From Eledone cirrhosa (Eukaryota), in contig OZ024743.1 in the NCBI GenBank assembly GCA_964016885.1, positions 302,374,001 through 302,438,000 of the forward strand: DNA of 64,000 nt. Reading direction: 5' to 3'. Numbering within the stretch: position 1 is the stretch's first letter; every line of letters starts with the position of its first letter. Both the position numbers and the translations under genes were made by a program. Below the pieces are notes generated by a model. That model saw only the letters and a list, made by a program, of their open reading frames with translations, had not been told where the DNA came from and did not search any database. This document shows positions 41,824 to 53,779 of the stretch, in pieces.

Positions 41824-43026
41824 ATGCCACCAAAGTCTCAACAAAACAACAACTCACTGAACCAGGACATCTTAAATGAACTCAAAGAGATTTCCTCTAA
41901 ACTCTCAATCTTGACCAACAAAGTTGACCAAATACACATCTATAAAAAAGGACCCCACGAAGAAACAGAAAATATCCAAGAGACGAATATTACTCCAGTA
42001 TTAACTAAGCTAATCAAAACCATTGAAACAGCAATGCTCCAAAAGCTGGAACAACCGTTAGAACCCAATCTTCGAGATGTCCACTCAGTGAAAAACACCC
42101 TAATCAACATATGGACTCAAAAGCTCACAGCCCGCAAATTCGCCCTTTCGAATCTCAAAAAAAATAATGGCAAGGCAGACATATATGAAAAGTGGCTAAA
42201 CTCTACCCCAATCATCCTCCCCAAAAAACTCCAAATAAAACCCATCCCGAATGAACCAGAAAACCAACAAAGACTTAGGGAAAAGATGGCATTGGAAAAA
42301 TGTAAAACAGAAATAGAACTGTTGCGATTAAGAGCCAACTCCAACGAAGAAAAGTTCAAGTCACTCGACCAACAGATGGACACAGAAATCAGAAAGCACT
42401 CTGAAGGCCTACTCTACAAAAAAACCCTAAAACTTTGGAAAGAAAACGGTGAGGATGAAGAACTAACATCCCACCAGCGATGGGAAAAAAACGCCACCTG
42501 GTTCAACAACTACGAAATGGACTTCAAAAATGAACAACATACATGTAACCCATTTTTAAAACAAACTAAAACTCACACACCACATGCACAACAAATAACA
42601 AAAAAAGTAACAAAACGTCCAACATACCCCCAGCAAAACTATAACGATAATCCCAGAAACCATACACAAAAATATAACCCTACTAACAAAAACCAAAGAT
42701 CCCCGAACACAAGGCAGGACCTGATCCGCAGATCACAACCCACACAAAACCTATTCAAAAACCGTAGACCCCTGCCCACACAGAGCCTGTTCCAAAACCG
42801 TAGATCCCAACCCACACAAAGGAACCAAATCTACAACCCGGACTATCAACAAACCGAACCTCAATACGTCCGAAACTTCTATACAAGACCACACAACTAC
42901 AGGGGAAATACCATTAGATATAATAATACCAATGAAAAAACATTCCCGAAAAATCATTTTTTAGACCAAGGCTACAGGACTCACGGCACCCGGTGGCACA
43001 AACCGATGTTGAAAAACCGAAAATAA
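41824..43026 (+). CDS. PLE ORF1, 400 aa: predicted coiled-coil N-half and N/Q/R-rich low-complexity tail
   Basis: Uninterrupted ORF starting just after the 5' pLTR. Heptad-like segments and RRSQPTQ-like repeats. Confidence 0.8.
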   Translation: MPPKSQQNNNSLNQDILNELKEISSKLSILTNKVDQIHIYKKGPHEETENIQETNITPVLTKLIKTIETAMLQKLEQPLEPNLRDVHSVKNTLINIWTQKLTARKFALSNLKKNNGKADIYEKWLNSTPIILPKKLQIKPIPNEPENQQRLREKMALEKCKTEIELLRLRANSNEEKFKSLDQQMDTEIRKHSEGLLYKKTLKLWKENGEDEELTSHQRWEKNATWFNNYEMDFKNEQHTCNPFLKQTKTHTPHAQQITKKVTKRPTYPQQNYNDNPRNHTQKYNPTNKNQRSPNTRQDLIRRSQPTQNLFKNRRPLPTQSLFQNRRSQPTQRNQIYNPDYQQTEPQYVRNFYTRPHNYRGNTIRYNNTNEKTFPKNHFLDQGYRTHGTRWHKPMLKNRK

Positions 43027-45249
43027 TTAACATTTCAAATAAAATCCTCTCAGCCCAACAAGTAAAAATTCTCTCCAAAGTTCTGAAATTCACACCAACA
43101 CACGAACGAGATAAATGACGATATCTCACACTTCTGTAGAAAATTACGTCTCACAGAGGAATTCTTTGACAAGGAGAATAACGACGAATCAATTGTACGG
43201 AATAAAAGCAGCTACAACCCAACAAAAGGTAGAAACAGAGTTCTGGACAAATGTTGTGACTATATAGCTACCTTCCCATACCATGAACTACCGCAACCTA
43301 AACCCAAACCCAACACGAGTCGAAGGGAATGGGAGATTATCCATTAACTAAAAAACAATACGGACATTATAATTAAGGAAGCGGACAAGGGAAGTACTGT
43401 TGTCATTATGGAGGCTGAAAAATATAAAAATTCTATGTTCTCTCTCTTACAAAATACTAATTGCTATGAAAGAGTAAAAAACTACCAGCAATCAAAACTA
43501 ATACACAATATAAAAAACACTGATTTATCGATACCAGGAAGACCTAACTAAAAAGGAACGCGATTATTTAACAAATTTTGAATACAAAACCAGCAACATT
43601 TACGGACTTCCGAAGATCCACAAGTGTGAAATAATCAACGATGCCTGTAAACAATCCACCTCAGCCTGCGTGAACACACAATACCCCACAGACCTTAAAT
43701 TAAGACCAATTGTAGCGGGCCCACAATGTGAAACACACAGATTGAGCAACTTTATAGACATACTACTGAAACCAATACTGAAACACATAACAAGCCTTGT
43801 AAGAGACGATCTGGACCTCCTAAACCACCTCCCCAAACATGTCAACAACGACACTATTAGTGTGTCTTTCGATGTAGTGAATCTCTACACAGCGATACCA
43901 CACCAATACGGACTAGAAGCAATAGGATTCTGGCTAGAGAAATATCCCAATGAGATACCTGACAGAATAGAAAAAAGCTTCATCACCGAGGGATTAACAT
44001 TCATCCTACAGAACAACTTTTTTGATTTCGAAGGCAATACTTACAAGCAAATATCGGGGACTGCGATGGGTACAAAAGCCGCTCCAACTTATGCCAACTT
44101 AGTCATGGCATACTTAGCAGTCCAGATATATGAACAGTCCAAATCAAAATACGGATTGAACTTCCACAAATATTTATCAGAGAATTGGAAACGCTACTTG
44201 AATGATTGCCTCATTATTTGGTCCCACACACTCGACCAACTGAAGGATTTCAAAAACTTAATAAACGGCATCAATAACCACTTTAAATTCACAATGGAAT
44301 ACAGCCAAGATCAACTCCCCTTTCTGGACATCTTAATCTTAAAAAAAGACACAAATATCGAAACTGACATACACTACAAACCAACAAATTCCAAACAATA
44401 TCTGCTATTCACCTCCAACCATCCAAAGCACACGAAGACGAACATTCCTTTTAACCTAGCAAAAGAATTTGCACAATTGTCTCCAATTATGAAACGCGAA
44501 ATAAAAGACTTCAAGAATTAAAGGAAATTCTACTTGAGAGAGAGTACCCACTAGTACTAATAAATAATGGAATAGAAAGGGCTAAAGCAATAGGCATTGA
44601 TGAATTACGGAAACAGAAACAAATTCAAGGTACGTCCAATATTCTATCATATATCTCAACACACATCCCAAGAAATGCGGAAGCTTACAACACTATTCAC
44701 AATAACATTCCACTACTAAAACAAAACCCAAGAATGAAAAAAGCCCTTGAAAGACACAAAATAATCAAAAGCAAAAGACAACCAAAATCACTGAAAACAT
44801 TACTCACCAATGCCAAATTACCTACCACAAACCCAACACCAAGTATCAAAAAATGTGGTCGCTCTAATTGTGGAATCTGCATTCACCTCATTGAAGGCAA
44901 CACGTATACATTTAAATCAGGACAACATTTTACTGTAAAAAATCACTTCACTTGCTCATCAAAAAATCTAGTTTATGCCATTAAATGTAAAGGATGCAAT
45001 GAAGATTATATAGGACAAACTAAACTCACACTCAGAAACAGAATGACAGTTCATCGCCAACAATTACGAGATCCAACCACGAGACAGATACCACTAAGTG
45101 CACATCTAGACATTTGCGCAAGTAATAAGACGCCCAAATTCCAAGTCTTCCCATTTTACCTTTGCGCTAACAATACAACAGAACAAATGCGAATAAATAA
45201 GGAAAATATGTTTATTCAAAAATATAGACCAACATTAAATAAGGTTTAA
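42957..45249 (+). pseudogene. PLE ORF2: RT, Cys linker and GIY-YIG endonuclease, disrupted
   Basis: IINISNKILS...LKFTPT, EADKG, YGLPKIHK, RPIVAG, FDVVNLYT, QISGTAMGT, RYLND (YxDD mutated), CGRSNCGIC, LVYAIKC...YIGQT. Several frameshifts and a stop. Confidence 0.92.
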
Positions 45250-45429
45250 TATACATTATGTCAACACCATAATATGACATACACACACACACATAACACC
45301 TTCTACTTTAGAAAATAAAAACCCGAACTAAATAAACCTTAACATACGTTTGCACTGACAATACAACAGCAAAGACGAATAATTAAGGAAAATATGTTAA
45401 TTCAAAAATATTCCTACTAAAGGAATCAC

Positions 45430-45736
45430 TTTCCTACACACATACATACACACACGCACAATATATATATATATATATTCTCTTCATCTTAACATGCTAA
45501 CCATACTCCCACACACATAACACCCATACATACACATAACAACCCCCACACCCACAACTCCCTCCCCATTTCTACTAATAGAACCACTTTCCTACACACA
45601 TATATATACACACACACAAAATATATATTCTCTCCATCTTAACATACTCGCACACACACACATAACACCCATATACACACACACACAACTCCCTCCCCCA
45701 TTTCTACTAATAGAATTATCTTCCAATACACACATA

Positions 45737-45768
<32 letters not shown>

Positions 45769-46068
45769 TACACACACACAAGCACACAAATAACCATACA
45801 TATCTTCACTTCAATAGAAAATCTGAGCTCTGACACCGCAGCGAACTAACCATATTCACTGAACCAGAACAATCCCTTTTCTCTTGACCACTATCTTTCC
45901 ATTGTCATAACATTCTCTATGAAGGCTACAGAATAGATTTCCAAATAAGGGCGCAAAAATGTAATGAAAACCTGTTCACGTGACAGCCAAATTTCATTTA
46001 TAACCAATCAAATTACGTTTATTAAAAAAAAGCCTTCGTGAGCCACCTTTTTTTAAAGTAAAGAAAGT

Positions 46069-46108
<40 letters not shown>

Positions 46109-46420
46109 CACACAGATACACACACCAAGCACACAAATAAACACACATATCTTTACTTTCTATATTCAATAGAAAATCTGAATTTTGACACCCCAGCGAA
46201 CTAACCATATTCACTGAACCAGAACAATTCTCCCATCCCTTTCTCTTGACCATTATCTTTTTATCAAAAAAATTCCCTAAAAAGGCTACAGAATGGATTT
46301 CCAAATAAGGGCACAGAAATTTAATGAAAATTTGTTCACGTGACAGCCATAATTTCATTTATAACCAACCAAAAAAAAGCTCTCGTTAGCCTCCTTTTTT
46401 CAAGTAAAAAGAAATTCAAA
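45430..46420 (+). repeat. Tandem duplications in the PLE 3' UTR
   Basis: ~160-bp pair (45430-45590 / 45587-45730) and ~290-bp pair (45780-46065 / 46125-46415). Confidence 0.8.
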
Positions 46421-46645
46421 CACTCATATATGAAAAAAACAACCTGTGACAATCCCCCCCCCCCCCTCATATTTGAAGAACTATTGTAACGCGAACTGGC
46501 GCGAAATTTATTATAATTATTGACAAACCAATCAAATTACTTCTCGAAAAACCTGGCATTTCGAGCCACTTTTTCCATATAAAACAAGTAACATTCAGAG
46601 ACTAACCAGATGTGAGAAAAACCACAGACCCTCCATCTCAACTCA

Positions 46646-46683
46646 CCTTTTAAAAAGCAGAAGAACTGCGAAACCGGTAAAGG
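46646..46683 (+). ncRNA. 3' pLTR hammerhead copy with G5A change
   Basis: Identical to 41622-41659 except the core reads TTAAAAA. Confidence 0.65.
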
Positions 46684-46821
46684 AACCAAATAAATATATA
46701 TATTTTTTTTAAAAATAAGACTCCAGTTGCATTTTCGATTTCATCTCTTTTTCTTTATACTTTCACCCGTGTAGGACACCTCGGTTATTTTTCATTTTGT
46801 AAAAAAAAAACCTCACTTTCT

Positions 46822-46893
<72 letters not shown>

Positions 46894-47000
46894 TATGTGT
46901 AATAAAGCCAAAACAATGCAGGTATGGACATTGAAAAAAGAATGCAATTGTAAAAGATGTTGTTGACAATTCGCCCTTTACCTTGAATTTATTTAAATGT

Positions 47001-47035
47001 CCTTAATTTTCGAGATAATATCTCTTCTTCGGAGG
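47001..47035 (-). ncRNA. Minimal hammerhead, U4C core
   Basis: CCT-CCGAAGA-A-GAGAT(ATT)ATCTC-GAAA-AT-TA^AGG. Confidence 0.65.
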
Positions 47036-47442
47036 GGAATAAACGTCTCAAACCAGCGCTTTAAATATCTAGCCAAGCCATGCTGACAGGACATAATATA
47101 GAGTATCTGTTATATATCTAATATCAAAGAATTAAAATTAGGTGGATAAAGAGTAGTCTCCCTTTAAAAGGGGTTTGTTTAGGGTTTTTTTTGTTTTTAT
47201 ATTATATACATGCTTGTATAAGTGTGTGGGAGAATGCATGAAGGTGTAGGTATGTGGGTGTGTGTGTGTGTGAGTGTGAGAAGATAGGTCTATTCGTAAA
47301 TGTGGGGGGTAGGTGTTATCTGGTGTTAGAACTGGTTTTGTGTGTGTATGTGTGAGAGAGAATAAGTGGATGTGTAAGCGTGTGTGTGTGCGCGTGCGTG
47401 TGTGTGTGTGTGGGGTGTGTAAATATGGGGCTAGGGGCCCTA

Positions 47443-50027
47443 TCAGGTTATAAATTGGGTGTTGAGTTCTAGTCTATTATTGATTGGTGGTTGTGTTTTA
47501 TCTATAATTAGTGCTTCCTTAATTCTAAGATTGCCGAGATTTCTTTCCTTAGTTTCTATCATAACTGTTATGGTTTTGTCGGTGTTTTTGCATTTAACTA
47601 GGTGTTTCTTAAATGAGGAAGCGTTAGTATTGAGGTGTTCTTTTATTCTTATGTGGAGTGGTCTGGTGGTGCTACCTACGTAGAAGTTGTTGCATTTGTC
47701 ACACTCTAGTCTGTATACTACGTAAGCCTGGTGACATAGGTCTGTGTCGTTGATGTGGCAGTTGGCTAGTCTGCAGCAGTTGTCATGTCTGGTGGAGTGT
47801 CTCTTGGCCAGCCGTCCGCGCAGAGAAGGACCCGAGTGGGCCAGTTGGATATCCAGTCCCTCTCGTCTGATGGCTCTGCGGATGGCTGTTGTTGTTTCTT
47901 CACTGAAGTGTGGGAGCTTCAGGAAGCATGTGTTAGTGCCTCGGGTGTGGTGTCCTCTGTTCTTTCTGGAACGGTTTGTGGTGGATGTCGTGTATCCGTT
48001 CAGTTTGAGTACTTCCAGGAAATGTGTGGTGTGTGTGTGTCTCGGTCTCTAGCGTCGGTGCATTTTTTCCTGATACGTGCCAGTTCGTTCCTTAAGTATC
48101 CGAACTTGGCACCGAGTGGGAGGGCCGATCTGAAATGTACGAACAGGTCCCTGCTGGCGGATTTTTTATAGAAGCAGGTGTGGTAGTTGCCTTCCTCTGT
48201 TACCCTGAGTTGGAAGTCCAGTAGGGATAGGGATCCGCGGTCATCGGGTGGTTCCATGCTGAACTTTATACTGGCGTCCATGCTGGAGAATGTTGTGTAT
48301 ATTTTCTCTGCCTCCTCACGGGATGATGTAAGGATGAGTATGTCATCTACATATCGGGTGAAGAAGGCATGGAAATGGCAGGTGTTGAGGGCCCGGCATT
48401 CTAGCTGGTTCATGTAGGTGATGGCCAGCAGGCCCGATAGGCTGGATCCCATGGGTAATCCTGTTGTCTGTCTGTATGTGTGGTGGTGGAAGGTGAAGTA
48501 CGTGTTGTCTACTGTGAAGGACAAAAGCTGGTGTATGTCCGTCGGGTGGAGGCCGTAGCAGTGGATGTCCTCTGCGACCACGCAGTCCGTCAATAAATCG
48601 ACAGCTGGATGAGCGGGGACTGTAGTGTAGAGGGAGACAACGTCGAGGCTAAAAGCGTATTTATTTAGTTTAAGTTGTCGTGGCTGGAGGTGGTGTAGTC
48701 TACGTATAACTTGGTCGGAGCTACTGACATGCCCGGGGAAGGTGGAGAGTAGAGGCTTGAGGACCTGGGAGAGAAACCAGGAAATTTTGTGTAGAGGTCC
48801 TTCTATGCTAGAGACGATGGGTCTTATTTGCGTCTTAGTACTATTCCTGTGGGTCTTGATGAGGTGGTAGAAAGTGGGCAGTCTGCTATTTCTAGTGGTG
48901 TAGTTGAGCTTAACTTTATTCGGGAGTTGTCTTCTCCTACAGATATCGAACCAAATGGAGTTGGTCTGTTTTTCGATCTGGGCTGCAGTCATGTCCGGGA
49001 TCACTGTGTATAATTCACTGTCGCTTAGGTGTTCGAAGGCTAGGTTATTGTATGTGGCTTGAGAGATGACGCAAAACTCTTTACCTTTGTCGGCTGGTAA
49101 GTAAATAAGTTCCCTATTCCGTATGTTCTTCAGAGTGAGTTGTTGTGTCCTGGAGAGGTTTGGGGCCATCTTCTTCTGTTTCCGTAAGATGTTAAATACG
49201 GAATGTTTTAGTCTCGAGAGTTTTTCTTCCAGCTCGCGGTTGGCAGGCGGTGGATAGAGTGGGCGATCTGGTTGGTATATCGGGAATCTGGGTGTGATGG
49301 ATTCCGTGGTGTTGTTGTCGAGAGTCGATATCCATTTCAGTTGGTAGGCAGCCCGACAGAAATTCGTTTCTATGTCGAGCCATAGTCTGTCGTCCAGTCT
49401 CTGTTTCAATATGAACTTGGGGCCCAGGCTGAGGAGGTCTAATTCCTCTCGGGAGAGGGATCCTGTCAAGTCTGTGCCGAGGTGTTTTGCGTCAGGTGTG
49501 TTGTTGGTCGGGGCGCCGCTAGGTTCGGTGTTGGTAACGTCTTGTTCGCCTCTGTTGTTGTTTAGCGTTGGGATGTTGTTAAGACAGTTGGCCGTCCTGA
49601 GTTTGAGAAATGTTTGCGTTAGACGTATTTTCTCGTAGTCTCGGCCGTGGTGGTATGACCTGTCTATAGTGGCGGAGATGACTCTGGACAGAGGTTCTGG
49701 GGTTTCAGCGAGTTGTGGTACAAGGCTGCAAATAGTCCGTATGTGATGTTGTAGCGTGCGGTGTAGGTGTTGTATGAGTTTCCTTAGGCAGAATTTGTGT
49801 ATGTAACTAAGTGATCGTTTGAAGCCTGGCGATTTAAAGCATGTTGGTAGGTGCAAATTTTTGATAGTTTTGGGGATGATGTTGTTATTCAGGCATCGTT
49901 TTAGGAAGTTTATTTGGCAGCCGGATTTGGCGCGCTTTTCAGATAGCTGGAAGAGTTTCTTTACAGTTGTGAACTGAGCCTGGCTCAGGCATAATGAAAG
50001 GAGGAGGTTATAGTTCACTTGAAGCAT
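47443..50027 (-). CDS. PLE RT-GIY-YIG polyprotein (~860 aa) with one frameshift at ~48035
   Basis: LSLGPKF, PADKG, FYHLIKTH, RPIVSS, SLDVVSLYT, QTTGLPMGS, RYVDD. After the frameshift: LKLNGY, CCRLANC, VVYRLECDKC, YVGSTTRPLHIRIKEH, stop at 47443. Confidence 0.92.
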
Positions 50028-50715
50028 TGAGTAATTATTTTTATTTTATTTTTTTTCCCTTCGCTTTAACAACTTTCTTCAATTACATCTAACTCTTATA
50101 TATCATATCTATATGAATTAATATAAATTTATCAATATGAATATACCTATCAATTAAATTAATTTATTTTATGTTTATAGATGTAAATTCCTTATGTTTT
50201 AAATAAGATTGATATTTTTCACTAACACATTTATCATAAAATGTTATTCTCCTTAGATTTTAACACTAGCATTATTCTTTTATAACATCAGATGGTCGTG
50301 TATCTTTCACCGGCTTGACCTATTTTCATCCCAAAAGTAATCTTTTCATTCAAAATACTCTTTCCATTCAAAACTAAAGTCTGCTTTCCTCTACCCCTAA
50401 ATTAAATTTCAATTACTACTATTCTATCATCTTTACCACTTACTACCTTTCTATTGGTCAATCCAAAACCTGTTCCCAAACAGACCTATTATATGAAATC
50501 TTTGTTGGGTTTTTTTCAATAAACAAATATCATTATTTCTGAAGAGAGCATATATATGTGTAGGTATGTATATTCCCTCTGATAGTTTGTAAACAAATGT
50601 TACATAGATCTATATAATAAACATACCAACACAACCATATATATCCTAGAAATGATCGAAAAATGATGAAATGTTTAATATAAGGTTTCTTTGTTTTTAT
50701 TCATTATTTTTATTA

Positions 50716-50756
<41 letters not shown>

Positions 50757-50776
50757 TATATATATATATATATATA

Positions 50777-50822
<46 letters not shown>

Positions 50823-50866
50823 TATATATATATATATATATATATATTAATATATATATATATATA

Positions 50867-50900
<34 letters not shown>

Positions 50901-50948
50901 TATATATATATATATATATATATTAATATATATATATATATATATATA

Positions 50949-50986
<38 letters not shown>

Positions 50987-51008
50987 TATATATATATATG
51001 TATATATA

Positions 51009-51046
<38 letters not shown>

Positions 51047-51086
51047 TATATATATATATATTAATATATATATATATGTATATATA

Positions 51087-51159
<73 letters not shown>

Positions 51160-51385
51160 TTTATTACACCGTTATCGAAGCTTTAGTTCGCGTCCAAGCT
51201 AACGAATGCAAATTCGGTGTCTAGCTTTAGCAAAAGTACCCCAGTGTAATAACAATACGTTTGGACAGCTTAGCAAATCAAATATAGCGATCGGTAGTCC
51301 AGCCGCATCACCAGAGTAACGAAAATACAGGACTCAGGAAAAGATTTAATATATATATATATATATATATATGTGTGAAAAAAAT

Positions 51386-51429
<44 letters not shown>

Positions 51430-51619
51430 TTATATATATATATAAACATAAGTATACGGGATAACAAGTTATCGTTATAGGCAATCCACTTACAGGTAGT
51501 CCAGTTAGAGTACTCCGTGTTGTGGATGGTATTAACGTATGGCTTATTTTGACTCAACAATACGCTTCCATAATGATGCAGGAAGTTCACGGTGATTTTT
51601 ATGTAGGTTATACTTGGAG

Positions 51620-53153
51620 TAATAATAATTCAAGAAATAAGAGTAACATGGTTGTCTGTACAATAAGGGCTTTATTCTGAGTGCTGACAATTGTTTCTTT
51701 GATCCGGTAGCTCTAGAGTTCGCTAATCGCTAGATGTTGCGTCAATAGATCTCAAATACTTCGTTTTAACTAGTTAATTCATCAGAACAAGCGAATGTGA
51801 GGATAATATACAAGGTATGGCTTTTATAGAGGAGTGGTATTAGACCAGAACAATAATTTCAATAACAAAATAACTAGATACTGAATAGTTAAATTAATAA
51901 CTTCAACTGCAATTGCCACCTACCAAATAAGTGCACATGAACCAATAGATGCATGGATTCTAGCTTAGTGTACATGTGTACTGTAATCTCGGGCAACTTC
52001 ACCTGGCACTATATTGGATCCACCGCGGGTGTTTTTCAAAAAACATGGTATGTACACAGACATTCAATGAAGAACCGTGCACTGGTGAATTCCACATGTA
52101 ATATCTACAAACATCTACCAATTATCATGTCAGCCTTTAAATCAATCTAGCCTTTGCTGTTGTTTATTCTTTCGGACCAAACAATTATATCTACACATCT
52201 CATGTTAGCACCCATGATTTCTAACAGATGAATTAATTCTAAGTACATTATCTTAATACCCTTACACTCCTTGAAACTCTTATTTTCTTATTTTCTTCTT
52301 ATTACTATTATGATCATCTCAATGTACCCTAACCCTAATTTTATTCATTATGTTCTCTATCTAATTACAATGCATTTTTTGTTGTTCATTTATTGTCTTA
52401 ATTATACGCTATTTGTCATCGGAGTTGTGAAAACTAAACCTCCATGATTAGAACTAGAAATCTCAACATTTAGAATAAGCCACCTAAACCTTAAAATACT
52501 GAATCTACAATTTCACTTAATACTACCTAATAACCATATATCTTTATACACTCACTCTATCAATATAACTAAGTTGATACAACGAAAATACGTATCTCTC
52601 AGACCATAAATCAATCTCCGGTTTATTGCTAGTGTGCCTTTAGACCCACATCACACTTGTATCTAGATCACTCATAATTGCACTTAAAGGGGCAGATTCC
52701 AAAAATCTGACTCTGGGTACATTTTATTAGTTATTTCTTCATCCCTCAAAATCTACATCTAAAGTAACCTATAGTAGTTTTAATATGTCAACTTCATACA
52801 TCTGTATCATATCAGTTCGGTCACCATGCTAGTTTTATCATTTTATCATTTTATTCTATTTCTCACTTATATTGATGTTATTAATTTAACTATTCAGTAT
52901 CTAGTTATTTTGTAATTGTTATTATTGTTCTGGTCTAATACCACTCCTCTATAAAAGCCATGCCCTGTATATTATCCTCACATTGGCTCGCTCTGATGAA
53001 TTAACTGGTTATAAACAAAGTATTGGAGATCGATTGACGAAACATTTAGCGATTGGCGAACTCTAGACCTACCAGATCAGAGAAACAATTGTCAGCACTG
53101 TGAATAAAGCCCTTATTGTACAGACAACCATTTTACTCTTATTTCTTGAATTA
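51620..53153 (+). mobile_element. 5'-truncated PLE with inverted pLTR: inverted pLTR, GIY-YIG remnant, 3' UTR, pLTR
   Basis: Inverted arms ~51625-51885 and ~52898-53153. LVYMCTV...HYIGST...HRHSMKN at 51965-52090 resembles the 63.7 kb endonuclease. Confidence 0.8.
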
Positions 53154-53311
53154 TAAATATAAGTATATATATATATATATATAGAAATACACCGACGCAT
53201 ATATATATATGTATATGTATACATAGATATAATATATATATATATCACACCATTATTATTAAAAGACTTGAATTAGAAATATAAGTATATATATAGAGAA
53301 ATACACCCACG

Positions 53312-53395
<84 letters not shown>

Positions 53396-53779
53396 TATAT
53401 CTTGTTTTGAGACATAGGAGAAAGTATACAGGTAAAGAATTATTGAGTGGCACGGCTAAGATGAAACCGCCGTCTTACTCTAGAGGTCTTCATTCTTTAG
53501 ACGTGATAAAAACAACGCCAACAACATCATCAACGTCAAAATTAATTTCAACAACACCAGCAACAAAAGGATGAAACACGGTGACAAGAACAACGCCACC
53601 AGCAACAGCAGCATAAAGCCACCGCTGCCACCACCACCACCAACAGCAACATAATGGCCAATAACAAGAGAACATTCGCTGCCGCAGCTACAAGCTCAAG
53701 ACAATCCTTTCAAATAGACATTTCAAACAAGAAAGAGCGTTTTGTCCAGGTATGGAGACTAATTAAGAAATAAGAAATC

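Larger units (their letters stand above)
41455..46822 (+). mobile_element. Near full-length Neptune-like Penelope element with direct pLTRs
   Basis: Near-identical ~340-bp repeats at 41455-41796 and 46479-46822 flank ORF1, RT and GIY-YIG. The 3' end abuts (TA)n. Confidence 0.93.
46891..50035 (-). mobile_element. Penelope-like element, nearly intact single ORF with 3' pLTR and no 5' pLTR
   Basis: ORF, 3' UTR, hammerhead and donor AAG|GTAAAG (46981), ending at (TA)n. Confidence 0.92.

Noticed and set aside
47459-49638. Plus-strand ORFs over the PLE
   Set aside because: They are antisense shadows of the real minus-strand ORF.
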